Positions 1 to 9,888 of a DNA stretch of 64,000 bases are shown here, one piece after another. How positions within the stretch are numbered: the first letter of the stretch is position 1; every line of letters starts with the position of its first letter. The notes under the pieces are model-generated. The model had not been told where the DNA came from. It searched no databases and saw only the letters and a list, made by a program, of their open reading frames with translations. The stretch is from Chthoniobacteraceae bacterium (GTDB lineage Bacteria > Verrucomicrobiota > Verrucomicrobiia > Chthoniobacterales > Chthoniobacteraceae). The stretch lies in contig JBBCKI010000029.1 in NCBI GenBank assembly GCA_037190965.1, positions 1-64,000 of the forward strand, in the 5' to 3' direction. Made by a program: the position numbers and the translations under genes.

Positions 1-146
1 GCGCCGTCGAGCGCGGGTATTAGCTCCCGTGGCTTTTTGAAGGTGGCATCCCAATATCAGCGCCCCCTGTTTAGCCTATCCTCCGGGGATGGGTGTCAAA
101 CGCGACTCTTCATCGATCCCGCGCTCGACGGCGCGAGCGGGCTACC
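1..146 (+). repeat. GTAG-type REP doublet (REPIN-like), family A copy 1, 5'-truncated by window edge
   Basis: Ends CCCGCGCTCGACGGCGCGAGCGGGCTACC. Spacer is alignable with the copies at 11323, 36119 and 37937. Confidence 0.85.
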
Positions 147-348
147 TTGCTTCTCCTCACTTTGCCTGCCCACTTGAATCGGGGAACCCAAGATCCAAAG
201 CCGGCCACCTCGATTCGCTTTACGCCAGCGATTTGCGCTCATTGGTATTCGACTCATGCCGCAGGCGTCGCGGTTGGACTCCGGTCCCTTGGCTCCGGCT
301 GCTTTGCTGAAACCTTAAACGCCGGATTTTGGGAACCCTTGAATCGTC

Positions 349-594
349 TTAATGTGCGGATTCCCCGGTCGTGAGGAACGCCAACGCCTTATCGTAAGAA
401 CATCGCTCCAAAAAATGGGCAAGCTGCGGGGATGCATCGGCAGGGAGTTCTTTTTTCATGAACTCGATTCGTTCCGAGGCCTCTTTAAGCTTCTCCAGAT
501 GGGCGGCAGGATCGCGGTCGCGCAGGGCGTGGTTCCCGATCACGGCGATCCGGACACGCAAGGCTTCAGCGAGGTTCTCGTAATAAGAAGGCAT
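349..594 (-). CDS. Small hypothetical protein (81 aa, MPSYYENLAE...SYDKALAFL)
   Basis: Protein-like C-terminal part of ORF 349..945. ATG at 594 lies just downstream of the DUF2934 gene on the same strand. Confidence 0.65.
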   Translation of the reverse strand: MPSYYENLAEALRVRIAVIGNHALRDRDPAAHLEKLKEASERIEFMKKELPADASPQLAHFLERCSYDKALAFLTTGESAH

Positions 595-637
595 GATCGC
601 GTAGGATGCCGACTCGGCGGGAGCCCCGTCAAGCACG

Positions 638-1018
638 TCAACTCTTCGATCCGGACTTCCGTCCCTTCCCTGCTTCCGCCGCCAGTTCGCGTTCGGCTGC
701 GATCCAATCCTCGGACGGCGAAACGGGTTGCCCTTGGGACCGCCGGCGCTCCGAGATAAAATAGGCCCGCAGAGCGATCTCTTCACGGGTTGCGGATGCC
801 TGAGGGCGAGAACCGCGGGTTTTTGCGGTGGCTTCGGATCCCTTTTTCTCCACGGGAGTCCGTGCCGGTTTGGCCTTGCCGCTGGGAGCGGCCCCGGAGG
901 GTTTCCCGATGACGTCGGCGGCGGGTGGTTTTGCGGCCCGCGCATTGGGGGCGGCGTTGGGATTGCGCGCTTCAGCGGAAGCGGTTGTTTGCGAAGGGAT
1001 TGATGTTTTTTTAGCCAT
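638..1018 (-). CDS. DUF2934 domain-containing protein with Ala/Lys/Pro-rich N-terminus
   Basis: EEIALRAYFISERR...SEDWIAAERE matches the DUF2934 pattern. Confidence 0.8.
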   Translation of the reverse strand: MAKKTSIPSQTTASAEARNPNAAPNARAAKPPAADVIGKPSGAAPSGKAKPARTPVEKKGSEATAKTRGSRPQASATREEIALRAYFISERRRSQGQPVSPSEDWIAAERELAAEAGKGRKSGSKS

Positions 1019-1042
1019 AGTGCCCGATGTCCGAGTTTTTTA

Positions 1043-1162
1043 GCCCGAACTCCGAGGTCTATGCGGTGAGCTGACGCAATTTACTGAGTCGCACCCTTCC
1101 TTAAAGGCATCGTGACTCAGTCTCTTGCTTCAGTTCATCCGCTCCATTATCGGAGTTCGGGT
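1043..1162. mobile_element. Putative 120-bp MITE with IS982-like termini
   Basis: TIRs GCCCGAACTCCGA / TCGGAGTTCGGGT, TTA on both flanks, long internal hairpin. The right 41 bp recur at 17977-18017. Confidence 0.55.
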
Positions 1163-1268
1163 TTAATCATACGGGTTTACCCCCAAGCGGCAACCCGATC
1201 GAGGGGAGGGGGAAGCCATGCTGCGACGCAGGGCTTGGCTGTTGGCGAGGATAAGGTACATTGGGATC

Positions 1269-1691
1269 ATGAAGCCGTTCTTCACTCGCTGGCTGGTGAC
1301 CACCCTTGCCGTGCTGGTTGTCATGCAAATTCCCGGGATTGGGATCCGGGCCGATTCGCTGGGGCCATTGCTCGGCGCAGGGTTGCTCCTTGGGATTCTC
1401 AATGCCTTTGTCAGGCCGGTGCTCCTGCTGTTGAGCCTTCCGTTGATCTTGTTGACGATGGGCCTTTTCTTCTTCGTCGTAAACGCGCTGACTCTGTACA
1501 TCGTGGGCTCGGTTGTGCCCGGGTTTCATGTCAGCGGATTTGGATCGGCGTTGATCGGGTCGGTTCTGATCAGCATGGTTTCCTGGATCTTCAGCGCATT
1601 TTTTAAGGGGAGCGATGGCCGGGTCCATGTGCTCAAGCAGTCGGGGGAGAGTCCTCAGATCAAGACGGTGCGGGGGAGGGTCATTGAATAA
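1269..1691 (+). CDS. Phage holin family (YvlD/DUF360-like) 4-TM membrane protein
   Basis: LGILNAFVRPVLLLLSLPLILLTMGLFFFVVNA and GFHVSGFGSALIGS motifs. Start set at MKPFF. Confidence 0.85.
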   Translation: MKPFFTRWLVTTLAVLVVMQIPGIGIRADSLGPLLGAGLLLGILNAFVRPVLLLLSLPLILLTMGLFFFVVNALTLYIVGSVVPGFHVSGFGSALIGSVLISMVSWIFSAFFKGSDGRVHVLKQSGESPQIKTVRGRVIE

Positions 1692-1734
1692 TCCCCTGGT
1701 CTCCGCCTCAACTCCACAGCCTTGTTCCCCCAAT

Positions 1735-2364
1735 GTGAGGGTCAAAATTTGTGGGATCACCAATCCGGAGGACGCCGAAGCTGCCATCGATGCCGGAGCG
1801 GACGCCCTTGGTTTCAACGGCTTTTCCGGTTCCAAGCGTTATCTGGACCTTCGGGCCGCGTCCGAATGGATTGCGCAGTTGCCACCGTTGGTAATGCGGG
1901 TGGCCGTCCTGGTCAATCCGACCCGGGAGGAGGCGATGGCGGTTCTTGAACTTCCGGGGATTGATCTCGTCCAGTTCCACGGAGATGAAACGCCGATGTT
2001 TTGTCGCGGTTTCGCGCGGCACGGGTTTATCAAGGCGATGGCGGCCCGGGATCGTGGTTCCCTGGCAGAGTGCGAGGCTTTCCAGACCGGGGCGGTATTG
2101 CTGGACGCTTTTGTTCCGGGGGCCTTTGGAGGTACCGGACAACTGATTGATCTCGCCCTTGCGGCGGAGTTCGTGCGGGAGCATCCCCGGCTGCGGGTGA
2201 TCCTCTCGGGAGGGCTCGCGCCAGAGAACGTCGCGGAGGCTGTGCAGGCCGTTCGACCGTACGCAGTCGACGTCGCCAGCGGGGTTGAGTCGCATTCGCG
2301 CAAAAAGGATCCCTCAAGAATGAGGGATTTTATCGCCGCGGCACGCGCTGGACAGAAGGCTTAA
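1735..2364 (+). CDS. trpF: Phosphoribosylanthranilate isomerase
   Basis: VKICGIT, GADALG, VQFHGDE, GGTG, LSGGL.PENV, DVASGVE. GTG start inferred. Confidence 0.95.
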   Translation: MRVKICGITNPEDAEAAIDAGADALGFNGFSGSKRYLDLRAASEWIAQLPPLVMRVAVLVNPTREEAMAVLELPGIDLVQFHGDETPMFCRGFARHGFIKAMAARDRGSLAECEAFQTGAVLLDAFVPGAFGGTGQLIDLALAAEFVREHPRLRVILSGGLAPENVAEAVQAVRPYAVDVASGVESHSRKKDPSRMRDFIAAARAGQKA

Positions 2365-2502
2365 AAAAGAAGCCGAAACCTGCTCCTATAAGCTCTCTAT
2401 CAGAGAAGGTGATGATATCGGCGGGCCAATAAAGTAATAATCGCATGGACTCCGTGGATCGGTTCCTGCTATTTACGCCTACCGAGAAGCCCCTATACCC
2501 CT

Positions 2503-4245
2503 ATGCGGAAATACTCTGTTTTTTTATGCTCTGTGTTTTCAGCTGCTTCCTTGACGGCGCAGGAGTCTGCCCCGGTTGCGCTCGAAGCTCCTGTCTCACT
2601 TGAGCCCCCTGTGCAGGCTTCCGGAACGGAAGAGCCAGCCCCCATCGCGCCGCCCATCCAGTTCGTGGAAGAAGCCGGCGCTCAACCTGCCGTGCCGGGT
2701 ACCATTGCCCCGCCGGTTACGGCGCCCGCCCCGGCGGTCCCCGGAACCGTCGCGCCGCCCATTCCGTTGTCCGGAGATGGAGCCTATGCCACAACCGCGA
2801 GGCGAACGGTCAATGAGTTTCAAGGTGAGGAAATCGGCTCGGTGCTCAATCTTCTGGCCCGTCAGGCTTCCATCAATCTTGTGGTGAGCGATCTGGTGCA
2901 GGGTACCATTACCATGCGACTGGAGAACCTCAGCCCGCTGGAAGCCATCAGGGTCATCGTGACGGCCAAAGGCCTGATCATCGACCAGGTCGATAGTGTC
3001 TACTACATCAAGACTCCGGCTGAAAAGCAGCGGGAGCCTACCGAAAGCGGTCATTACACCTTCAGCTACGCCACGGCGGATAAGATCGCTCCGTTGCTCG
3101 CTTCACAGATCCAGAGCGGCATCGCCCCGCAGTTCGATCTGCGGACGAACACCGTTTATTATCGGGACTTCAAGTCCAACATGCCCAACGTGGAGCTCTT
3201 CCTCGAGTCCGTCGACCGGCCTACCCAGCAGGTGATGATCGAGGCCCGGCTGGTGGAGGTAAACGCAAATCCCAAGCAGAATTACGGGATCAACTGGACC
3301 AACGCGGTTGGGAACGCGACCTTTAAGTGGGGCGGCGGGGCCCCCGAATCCTGGAAAGTGGAAAACGGGGTTCCTATGATCGATAAACTACCGAGCATCA
3401 CCGACGACCCGGGGAATTTTATCTTGAACGGGATGTCGCCCAATTTGTTCGAGAGAATGGGCAACCAGTTCGCTATCTTGAGCGCGCCGGCCATGTCGGT
3501 GACTCTGAAGCTCCTCAATGACGACGTGGACACCGAGTTCCTTGCCAACCCACGCGTGGTGACTGCCAACAATCTCGAAGCGAAAATCGAAATCACACGC
3601 AACCAGCCGGTGCCGCAGCTCAATTTCAATGAGCAAACGGCCACGGCGGTCTTCGGTGGCTTTGAGGACAAGGTCTTTGGCAATACGTTGCTTGTCAAAC
3701 CGACGATCAACAAAGACAACTTCGTGACCATGCTGGTGAAGCCGGAGATCAGCAACAAGATTCGGGATGAAGTCTTCACCTTCGCCAATGCCGTCGTGAC
3801 CAGCCCCGTCATTGACAAGCGGGCGTTGGAATCCACCGTTCTCATCAAGAGCGGCGACACGCTGGCCATCGGCGGCCTGCTTCAGGATGAGGCCACCAAA
3901 CGGCGCTCGAAAGTGCCGGTGCTTGGTGATATCCCCATCCTCGGTTACGCGTTCCAGGATCGTGGGAATGAGCGCACGAAGCGAAATCTGCTTGTCTTTG
4001 TTACTCCTACCATTATCAAACAGGGGTATGGGACGGGGCTTGAGGACCAGATTTCTGGCCTTAAGTACAGCGGAGAAGAGTTTGCCGATCCAAACGGCTG
4101 GCGTAATAACGCCAAGGGTGCCGTGAGAATCGTGCCGACCAGCAACCGTCAGAACGTAGCCGATTATCCAAAACCAGGGACGGCGCCCGCGCCGGCGAGA
4201 ACCGGGAAGCTCTACAAGACTTCGGCGCCCGGACGCGAGAAATAA
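2503..4245 (+). CDS. Outer-membrane secretin (PilQ/GspD family)
   Basis: Signal peptide, Pro-rich linker, N domains, QVMIEARLVEV, SGDTLAIGGL, KVPVLGDIPILG, NLLVFVTPTII. Confidence 0.9.
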   Translation: MRKYSVFLCSVFSAASLTAQESAPVALEAPVSLEPPVQASGTEEPAPIAPPIQFVEEAGAQPAVPGTIAPPVTAPAPAVPGTVAPPIPLSGDGAYATTARRTVNEFQGEEIGSVLNLLARQASINLVVSDLVQGTITMRLENLSPLEAIRVIVTAKGLIIDQVDSVYYIKTPAEKQREPTESGHYTFSYATADKIAPLLASQIQSGIAPQFDLRTNTVYYRDFKSNMPNVELFLESVDRPTQQVMIEARLVEVNANPKQNYGINWTNAVGNATFKWGGGAPESWKVENGVPMIDKLPSITDDPGNFILNGMSPNLFERMGNQFAILSAPAMSVTLKLLNDDVDTEFLANPRVVTANNLEAKIEITRNQPVPQLNFNEQTATAVFGGFEDKVFGNTLLVKPTINKDNFVTMLVKPEISNKIRDEVFTFANAVVTSPVIDKRALESTVLIKSGDTLAIGGLLQDEATKRRSKVPVLGDIPILGYAFQDRGNERTKRNLLVFVTPTIIKQGYGTGLEDQISGLKYSGEEFADPNGWRNNAKGAVRIVPTSNRQNVADYPKPGTAPAPARTGKLYKTSAPGREK

Positions 4246-4251
4246 GATTGA

Positions 4252-5346
4252 ATGAAGCATTATAAATTGGCTGTCCTGTCGGGAGACGGGATCGGGCCGG
4301 AAGTGATGATCCAGGGCCTTCGGGTTCTGGAGGCCGTCAGTAAAAAATTTGGGTTTGAATATACCGCCACCGAGTACCGGGTCGGCGGCATCGCCATCGA
4401 TCACGACGGCCATGCACTCCCTCCTGCCACCCTCAAGGGGTGTGAGGAAGCCGAGGCAATCCTGTTCGGATCGGTGGGCGGCCCCAAATGGGAATCGCTG
4501 CCTCCCGACCAGCAGCCGGAGCGCGCCGCGCTTCTTCCCCTGCGTAAGCACTTCGGCCTGTTTGCCAATCTTCGCCCCGCGCTTTGCTTCCCCGCGCTGA
4601 CGCATGCGTCGCCCGTGAAGGAATCGATCGTTGCCGGCGGGTTCAATGTTCTTTGCGTGCGTGAACTGACCGGCGGCCTCTACTTTGGCCAGCCGAAGTT
4701 TCGTAAGGAGGAGAATGGTGAGCCGGTCGCGGTTGATACCATGATCTACCGCAAGGGCGAGATTGAGCGGATCGCCCATGTCGCCTTTCGTGCCGCCCTG
4801 GAGCGTGGCAAACGGCTGACTTCCATCGACAAGGCAAACGTCCTTGAAAACGGGGTGCTCTGGCGGCAGACGGTCAACGAGATCGCCAAGCAGTACCCGG
4901 AGGTCAAAGTCGATCATCTATACGTCGATAACGCGGCGATGCAGTTGATCAAGAACCCGAGAGGGTTTGATGTCGTGCTTGCCGAGAATCTTTTTGGCGA
5001 CATCTTGAGTGACGAAATGGCGATGATCGCCGGATCGCTCGGGATGCTCCCCAGCGCCAGTCTCGGCGTCAAAGAAACGGCGATTGGACGGTTCGGCATG
5101 TACGAACCGAGCGGGGGCACCGCTCCCGACATCGCCGGCAAGGGAATTGCCAACCCGATCGCGCAGATTCTCTCCGTCGCCATGATGCTCCGCTACTCCT
5201 TTAGCGAGGGCCAGGCCGCCGACGCCATCGACGCCGCCGTTCGTAGTGTGATCGATCAGGGGTTGCGCACCGGCGATATTTACACCGAGGGAACCCGCCG
5301 CGTCGGGACCGCCGAAATGGGCGACGCCATCGTGGCAGCCCTGTAA
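4252..5346 (+). CDS. leuB: 3-isopropylmalate dehydrogenase
   Basis: [55 protein letters not shown]. Confidence 0.97.
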   Translation: MKHYKLAVLSGDGIGPEVMIQGLRVLEAVSKKFGFEYTATEYRVGGIAIDHDGHALPPATLKGCEEAEAILFGSVGGPKWESLPPDQQPERAALLPLRKHFGLFANLRPALCFPALTHASPVKESIVAGGFNVLCVRELTGGLYFGQPKFRKEENGEPVAVDTMIYRKGEIERIAHVAFRAALERGKRLTSIDKANVLENGVLWRQTVNEIAKQYPEVKVDHLYVDNAAMQLIKNPRGFDVVLAENLFGDILSDEMAMIAGSLGMLPSASLGVKETAIGRFGMYEPSGGTAPDIAGKGIANPIAQILSVAMMLRYSFSEGQAADAIDAAVRSVIDQGLRTGDIYTEGTRRVGTAEMGDAIVAAL

Positions 5347-5372
5347 GCGAGCGGTTTAAGTTCAAATTCGAC

Positions 5373-5411
5373 AAAAAGCCGGAAATGGGGAATCCCGTTT
5401 CCGGCTTTTTT
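5373..5411. terminator. Bidirectional intrinsic terminator
   Basis: AAAAAGCCGGAAATGGG-GAAT-CCCGTTTCCGGCTTTTTT between convergent leuB and DUF3817 genes. Confidence 0.85.
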
Positions 5412-5431
5412 ATGGATTTCGAAGGGATCCG

Positions 5432-5731
5432 CTATCCCTCTTTCAGGCGGCGGTCGATGATGAACGGGCCAAAGGGCACCAGCGCGGCGATCAAAACGAC
5501 CGCTCCCTTGAGAATCGACCATTTCGCCACCCACATCGTGTAGGGGAGGATCAGGCAGAAGAGGACGAAGAGGACGCCATGCGCCCAACCGACGAGATTC
5601 ACGGCCAACGGCATCCCGGCCCAGTATTTCAGGGGCATTGCCACTCCGAGGAGTAAAAGGAGGGAAATGCCTTCAATCATGGCGATCAGCCGCAAACGGC
5701 CCACGGGAGTGCTCAGCAGGGATGGTTTCAT
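5432..5731 (-). CDS. DUF3817 domain membrane protein
   Basis: EGISLLLLLGVAMPLKY, G.AHGVLF, AALVPFGPF. Confidence 0.85.
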   Translation of the reverse strand: MKPSLLSTPVGRLRLIAMIEGISLLLLLGVAMPLKYWAGMPLAVNLVGWAHGVLFVLFCLILPYTMWVAKWSILKGAVVLIAALVPFGPFIIDRRLKEG

Positions 5732-6483
5732 AGATCAGGCGTCAGGGGGTCGAAAAGGGGCGGCAGGGGAGGTTCTTCGCCCGGGAAAAAGAATCCGCCG
5801 AAGGTATCCTTGATCCAATTCACCGCCTCCGCGCCGCCGAGAAAAATGGCGGCGAAGAAGAGAAGCGTGATGACGAAGATCCCGGCTCCAGTGCCCAGCA
5901 TCAACCCATCACGTTCCGAGAAGGATGCCGCGAGAATCACCACGACCAGCGCTGGAAGAAGATTGCTGAGCGGGATCGGCAGCGGGAGCAACAGAAGAAA
6001 CCCGCACAAGGAGATCGCGGCTCCGCCGAGAAATTGCGTGAGCCGATAGTCAAAAACCGAGAAAAAGCGCGGCCGCAAAAACCGCTCCAGCATTCCCAGC
6101 ACTTTGCCGCCGCCTACGAGGATCTTGAGCAGCAGCTTCGAAGGAAGCTTGGCGTCGAGAAGCTTTTGGGGGAGCCACGGCTGTCGACGAAATGCAAAAC
6201 GCAGCCCGAGCAGCAGAATGACCAAGCCAAAGGGCGTCGAAAGCCCCGCCAGCGGGATAGGCTGGCAAAATGGGAGCGAAAGGATGATGAGGAAAAGTGT
6301 GTAAACACGCCCCTCAAACCGTTCCATGAGATCTCTCAGCCGGATTTCCGCGTGAGGGAAATTTTGCGCCAATTCCAACAACTCTTCCGAGAGGCGTTTT
6401 GCCGCGCTTTCGGAGGCCGCGGCCTCGAGGCTCGGCTCGCTCGGATCCTTGGGGGAGTCGTTGATTTCGTTGGAATTTGGCAA
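5728..6483 (-). CDS. Exopolysaccharide synthesis ExoD family protein
   Basis: LSLPFCQPIPLAGLSTPFG, PWLP, LPLPIPLSNLLPA, ERDG. TTG start. Confidence 0.85.
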   Translation of the reverse strand: MPNSNEINDSPKDPSEPSLEAAASESAAKRLSEELLELAQNFPHAEIRLRDLMERFEGRVYTLFLIILSLPFCQPIPLAGLSTPFGLVILLLGLRFAFRRQPWLPQKLLDAKLPSKLLLKILVGGGKVLGMLERFLRPRFFSVFDYRLTQFLGGAAISLCGFLLLLPLPIPLSNLLPALVVVILAASFSERDGLMLGTGAGIFVITLLFFAAIFLGGAEAVNWIKDTFGGFFFPGEEPPLPPLFDPLTPDL

Positions 6484-6617
6484 AGGACGATGTTTGGCGG
6501 TTACAGCACTTCGATTTATTAGAGCATTTCGACATTCTAAACCGAAAAAGCTCTCGGACGCGTTTCTATTAGCACGCGTTCACGAGATGGCAATCGAGCG
6601 GCGCTCCGGCGGAAAAG

Positions 6618-6652
6618 AAAAAACCGCACCCTTTGGGCAAAGGGTGCGGTTT
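6618..6652 (-). terminator. Intrinsic terminator after glutaredoxin-like gene
   Basis: AAACCGCACCCTTTG-GG-CAAAGGGTGCGGTTT hairpin with a U-tract on the minus strand. Confidence 0.8.
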
Positions 6653-6677
6653 GTTACAAAAAACGGCCCCGGAGAGA

Positions 6678-7031
6678 CTACGGCTGCTTGAAATTAATCG
6701 GGGCGCCAGCCTGCATGGCGGCGTGCTCCGCGTCGCTGCAAGCGGAGTTGAGCGGCACGTTGGTCTGACGGTCGGAGGATTGGACGAGCCCCTCTTTGAG
6801 GAGATAGGCTTCCACCTCTTCGCCGCTGATGTCGGGGAGCATGACGCCGTTGACTTCCACACAGGGCGAAAGCGGCTGGCCGCTCCGCTGTTCCATCTCC
6901 CAACGGAATGCCGGGTTGATGATAATATCTTTTTCCGTGTAAGGGAGGTCGTACTTGGCGAGCACGGCGCGGACGCCACGGCTCCAGCCGCAGCTCGTTT
7001 TGAGGTAAGCGGTAATTTGCGGTTTTTCCAT
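6678..7031 (-). CDS. Monothiol glutaredoxin-like protein
   Basis: AYLKTSCGWS, SGQPLSPCVEVNG. Start at MEKPQ. Confidence 0.85.
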   Translation of the reverse strand: MEKPQITAYLKTSCGWSRGVRAVLAKYDLPYTEKDIIINPAFRWEMEQRSGQPLSPCVEVNGVMLPDISGEEVEAYLLKEGLVQSSDRQTNVPLNSACSDAEHAAMQAGAPINFKQP

Positions 7032-7188
7032 AAAAGTGGGTGTGAATCCTGAGTATAATCCATTTTCCGAAAAAGTCCCGCTGAAGTTCTTTCGTGATTT
7101 TTCCCGGCAATCTGCCCGAAATGGCCGGGGAATGGCCGGGAGAATTGACGTTTTTGCCGATTCCGAAGAGCATCGGACCTCCCGTAGT

Positions 7189-7812
7189 ATGCGTCGTTTA
7201 CTCAAGCTCCTGCTGCTCCCCGTTTTTGCGTCTTTGACCTCCTGCGTGTCCGTTCAGAGCGACGTGACGCGATTCCACACGTTGCCGCCGAAGGGTGCCG
7301 GACAGACTTTTTCGATTCATTCTCCGTCGAGGACATCGGGCATCGAGTTCTCCAGCTACGCGGCGCAAGTCGCCTCGCGCCTGCAAGATTACGGTTGGAC
7401 CCCGGCTGTGGGAGGCCGGAGCGATTACACCGTGTATTTTGATTATCAGATGGGTCGCAGCCATCAGCGGCTGGGGGCGGTTCCGGTCATGGGGCCGGTC
7501 GGGGGAGGCACTGTAGTCTACACCGGGCCGGTGCATGGTTGCGGGCGAGACGGCGCTTTCTACGGCACCGCCTATATTCCTCCAACCTACGGGGTGGTCG
7601 GATCCGTGCCTTATAGTATTACGGAGCATGATCGTTACCTTGACATGAAGATTCGCGATCGGGCCGGGCGCTCCGTCTTCGAGGGGCGCGTGATCAGTAC
7701 GGGGCCAAGCCCGGAAATCGCCGCCGTTTTGCCCCAAATGATCGATTCTCTTTTCACCGGTTTTCCCGGCGAGAGCGGGAAGACAAAACGAATTGGGAAG
7801 GCCGCCCGGTAG
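7189..7812 (+). CDS. DUF4136-like lipoprotein
   Basis: Lipobox LTSC, VQSDVTRFH, VFEGRV..., MIDSLFTGFPG.SG. Confidence 0.75.
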   Translation: MRRLLKLLLLPVFASLTSCVSVQSDVTRFHTLPPKGAGQTFSIHSPSRTSGIEFSSYAAQVASRLQDYGWTPAVGGRSDYTVYFDYQMGRSHQRLGAVPVMGPVGGGTVVYTGPVHGCGRDGAFYGTAYIPPTYGVVGSVPYSITEHDRYLDMKIRDRAGRSVFEGRVISTGPSPEIAAVLPQMIDSLFTGFPGESGKTKRIGKAAR

Positions 7813-7828
7813 AATCAAAAAACGCTGA

Positions 7829-8617
7829 TCAAAAAACGCTGCGCACAATGCCGCCGTCGGCCCGGAGCGCGGCACCATTGATCGCGGCCGCTTTGGGGCT
7901 GCAAACAAAAGTGACCAGGTCGGCAACTTCCTCGGGGGCGATCAAACGCTGAAGGAGCGAGGTGCTTCGGTTCTCCACCACGAAACGCTTTTCCGCCTCG
8001 GCGGCGGGAACGTTCGGCAGGACGTCCTTGATGAACTCGATCACGTTATCCGTACGAGTGGACCCGGGGAGGACCGTGTTTACGGTCACCGCCGTTCCTT
8101 TTGTCAGTTCCGCGAGGCACCGGGAAAGGGAAAGCTGAGCCGTTTTGGTGACGCTGTAGTGGGCCATCTCCGGGGCGGGGCTGATCCCCGATTCGCTGGA
8201 GATAAAAATGACGCGCCCCGAATTCCTTTTCAGCATTCCCTGCAAATAGTGACGGCTGAGGCGAACACCGCTCAGAACGTTGACTTCGAGGAGGCGACGC
8301 CAATCTTCGTCGGTCTCATCAAAGAAGCCCACGGCTTCGTAAATGCCAAGATTGTTAACAAGGATGTCCGCTTCAGGAAACGCCGCGATGGTCCGGGCGC
8401 AACCGTCCGCAGTCCCGTTGTCCGCCGCGAGGGATTCCAGCTTCGCTCCGGGAACGGCTGCCAGAATTTTCTCAACCGCCGATGCGACGGAGCGCTCCGT
8501 GCGCCCATTGACAATGACGCGGGCGCCTTCGGCAGCCAGAGAAGTGGCGATGGCCAGGCCGATACCACCCGTGGAGGCTGTGACCAGGGCGAGTTTGTCG
8601 TTAAGATTTAGGTTCAT
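7829..8617 (-). CDS. SDR family NAD(P)-dependent oxidoreductase
   Basis: [18 protein letters not shown] catalytic motif, [10 protein letters not shown]. Confidence 0.92.
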   Translation of the reverse strand: MNLNLNDKLALVTASTGGIGLAIATSLAAEGARVIVNGRTERSVASAVEKILAAVPGAKLESLAADNGTADGCARTIAAFPEADILVNNLGIYEAVGFFDETDEDWRRLLEVNVLSGVRLSRHYLQGMLKRNSGRVIFISSESGISPAPEMAHYSVTKTAQLSLSRCLAELTKGTAVTVNTVLPGSTRTDNVIEFIKDVLPNVPAAEAEKRFVVENRSTSLLQRLIAPEEVADLVTFVCSPKAAAINGAALRADGGIVRSVF

Positions 8618-8763
8618 AGTCTTTTCTGGAATGGGATGATTGGACCGCTCTGAAAATCGAATCAACAGGTCAATGTGATTGTCTTTGGATGTCCATTACT
8701 TTTTACCGGTAGAGCCCATGAAGACGACGGGGAGGATAGGCGGGTGGGAAGTCTTTTATTGGC

Positions 8764-8914
8764 CTCGTTCCCAAACTCTGTTTGGGAATGCCTGTGTCTT
8801 CGAAACTCCAGTTTCGAAAAGCCTTGTCCGTTCCTGCGTCCTGCACGAGATGACGAGGCTTTCGATCAGAGATTCGGGGACACTGGCATTACCAATCTGG
8901 AGATCGGTAACGAG
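8764..8914. repeat. CTCGTT-type REP doublet, family B full copy
   Basis: CTCGTTCCCAAACTCTGTTTGGGAATGCC ... GGCATTACCAATCTGGAGATCGGTAACGAG with internal hairpins. Related copies at 17191 and 17869. Confidence 0.75.
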
Positions 8915-9023
8915 AAGAAAATGAGGGACGCTGGTGGATGTGATGCGTCCTCACCGAAAAGAATACCGCCCTATCTTGCGATAGGGCGGTTATGACTAGG
9001 CGCTCTTGCGCGCCCAAAAACGG

Positions 9024-9371
9024 CTATTCGTTGGCTTTGTGTTTCTTACCGCCTCCCTTGCCTCCGGGGCCAGCGCCTTTCGGCGGTTGATGCGCCTTCA
9101 ACTCGTCAAGGCTCAGGGTGCCATCCTGGTTGGTGTCGAGTTTTTTGAACTTCGCCTCGGCTTTTTCCGGATTCTTTTTGCCGCGGGGCCCTGCCTTCCA
9201 CTCGTCGAGGCTCACCTTGCCATCTTTGTTGGAATCGAGGTGCTCCAGAACTTTCTCGGGGGAAGGGCGATGCCCCTTTGGGCCTTCGGCACCACCCTGG
9301 CCGCCGCCTTGCGCAAAGGCAGCTGGAATGTTCAGAGTCAAAACCACTGCAGGGATTAGAAATGCTTTCAT
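9024..9371 (-). CDS. Secreted EF-hand domain protein
   Basis: Signal peptide and two EF loops, DSNKDGKVSLDE and DTNQDGTLSLDE. Confidence 0.9.
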   Translation of the reverse strand: MKAFLIPAVVLTLNIPAAFAQGGGQGGAEGPKGHRPSPEKVLEHLDSNKDGKVSLDEWKAGPRGKKNPEKAEAKFKKLDTNQDGTLSLDELKAHQPPKGAGPGGKGGGKKHKANE

Positions 9372-9888
9372 TTGTTTTGAGTATGGGGCGTCTTGGAATT
9401 ATAAGGCGATGTTTTTTGAGAGAACCGCCTCTCGATGTGAAACCAGAGCGGAGCGAAGAAGTTGCGAGAAAATTCAGCCAAGAAGGTGCGGAATGAAAGC
9501 AGCGCGATTTTACTCGATAGATTGACCTTTGTTTTGAGCGCAGACTGACAATTCAGTCGAAATCAGAGTCAAAACGGCAAAGAGAATCGAACAGGGGCAG
9601 AGGAGGACCCGGGTCGGTCGCTCCGCGCTTAATCCTGGACGTTGCCCACTATGACGGCCTTCCGCTCTGGCTTGACGGGTGGCTTGGAGGAGTACGGGAG
9701 TTATCGAGAGCGGTCGCAAGAAGGCGGAAAAAGAAGCTCCGGACAAGCTTCTGGCTGGCTTCGTCCCATTCCGAAAAACCGTCTTCACAAAGTATAGGAA
9801 GAGTTAATCGCGTTAGCCGGTTCACATTTTGACGCTTGACGGAGGAGTATTCGAGAGCTATTTCCCCTCGGAATTGATTGCAAAATCT

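Noticed and set aside
1022..1176. Long hairpin as 6S RNA or SRP RNA
   Set aside because: No SRP GGAA/AGCAG motif and only a weak 6S closing stem. A partial second copy and a TTA duplication favour a MITE. Not fully excluded without cmscan.
1269..1691. Holin-family gene as evidence of a prophage
   Set aside because: This family is commonly chromosomal, and no phage structural, lysis or integrase genes are nearby.
9510..9788. 92-aa minus-strand ORF ending in a signal-peptide-like stretch
   Set aside because: No recognisable domain or clear RBS. It could be a gene remnant but cannot be supported.
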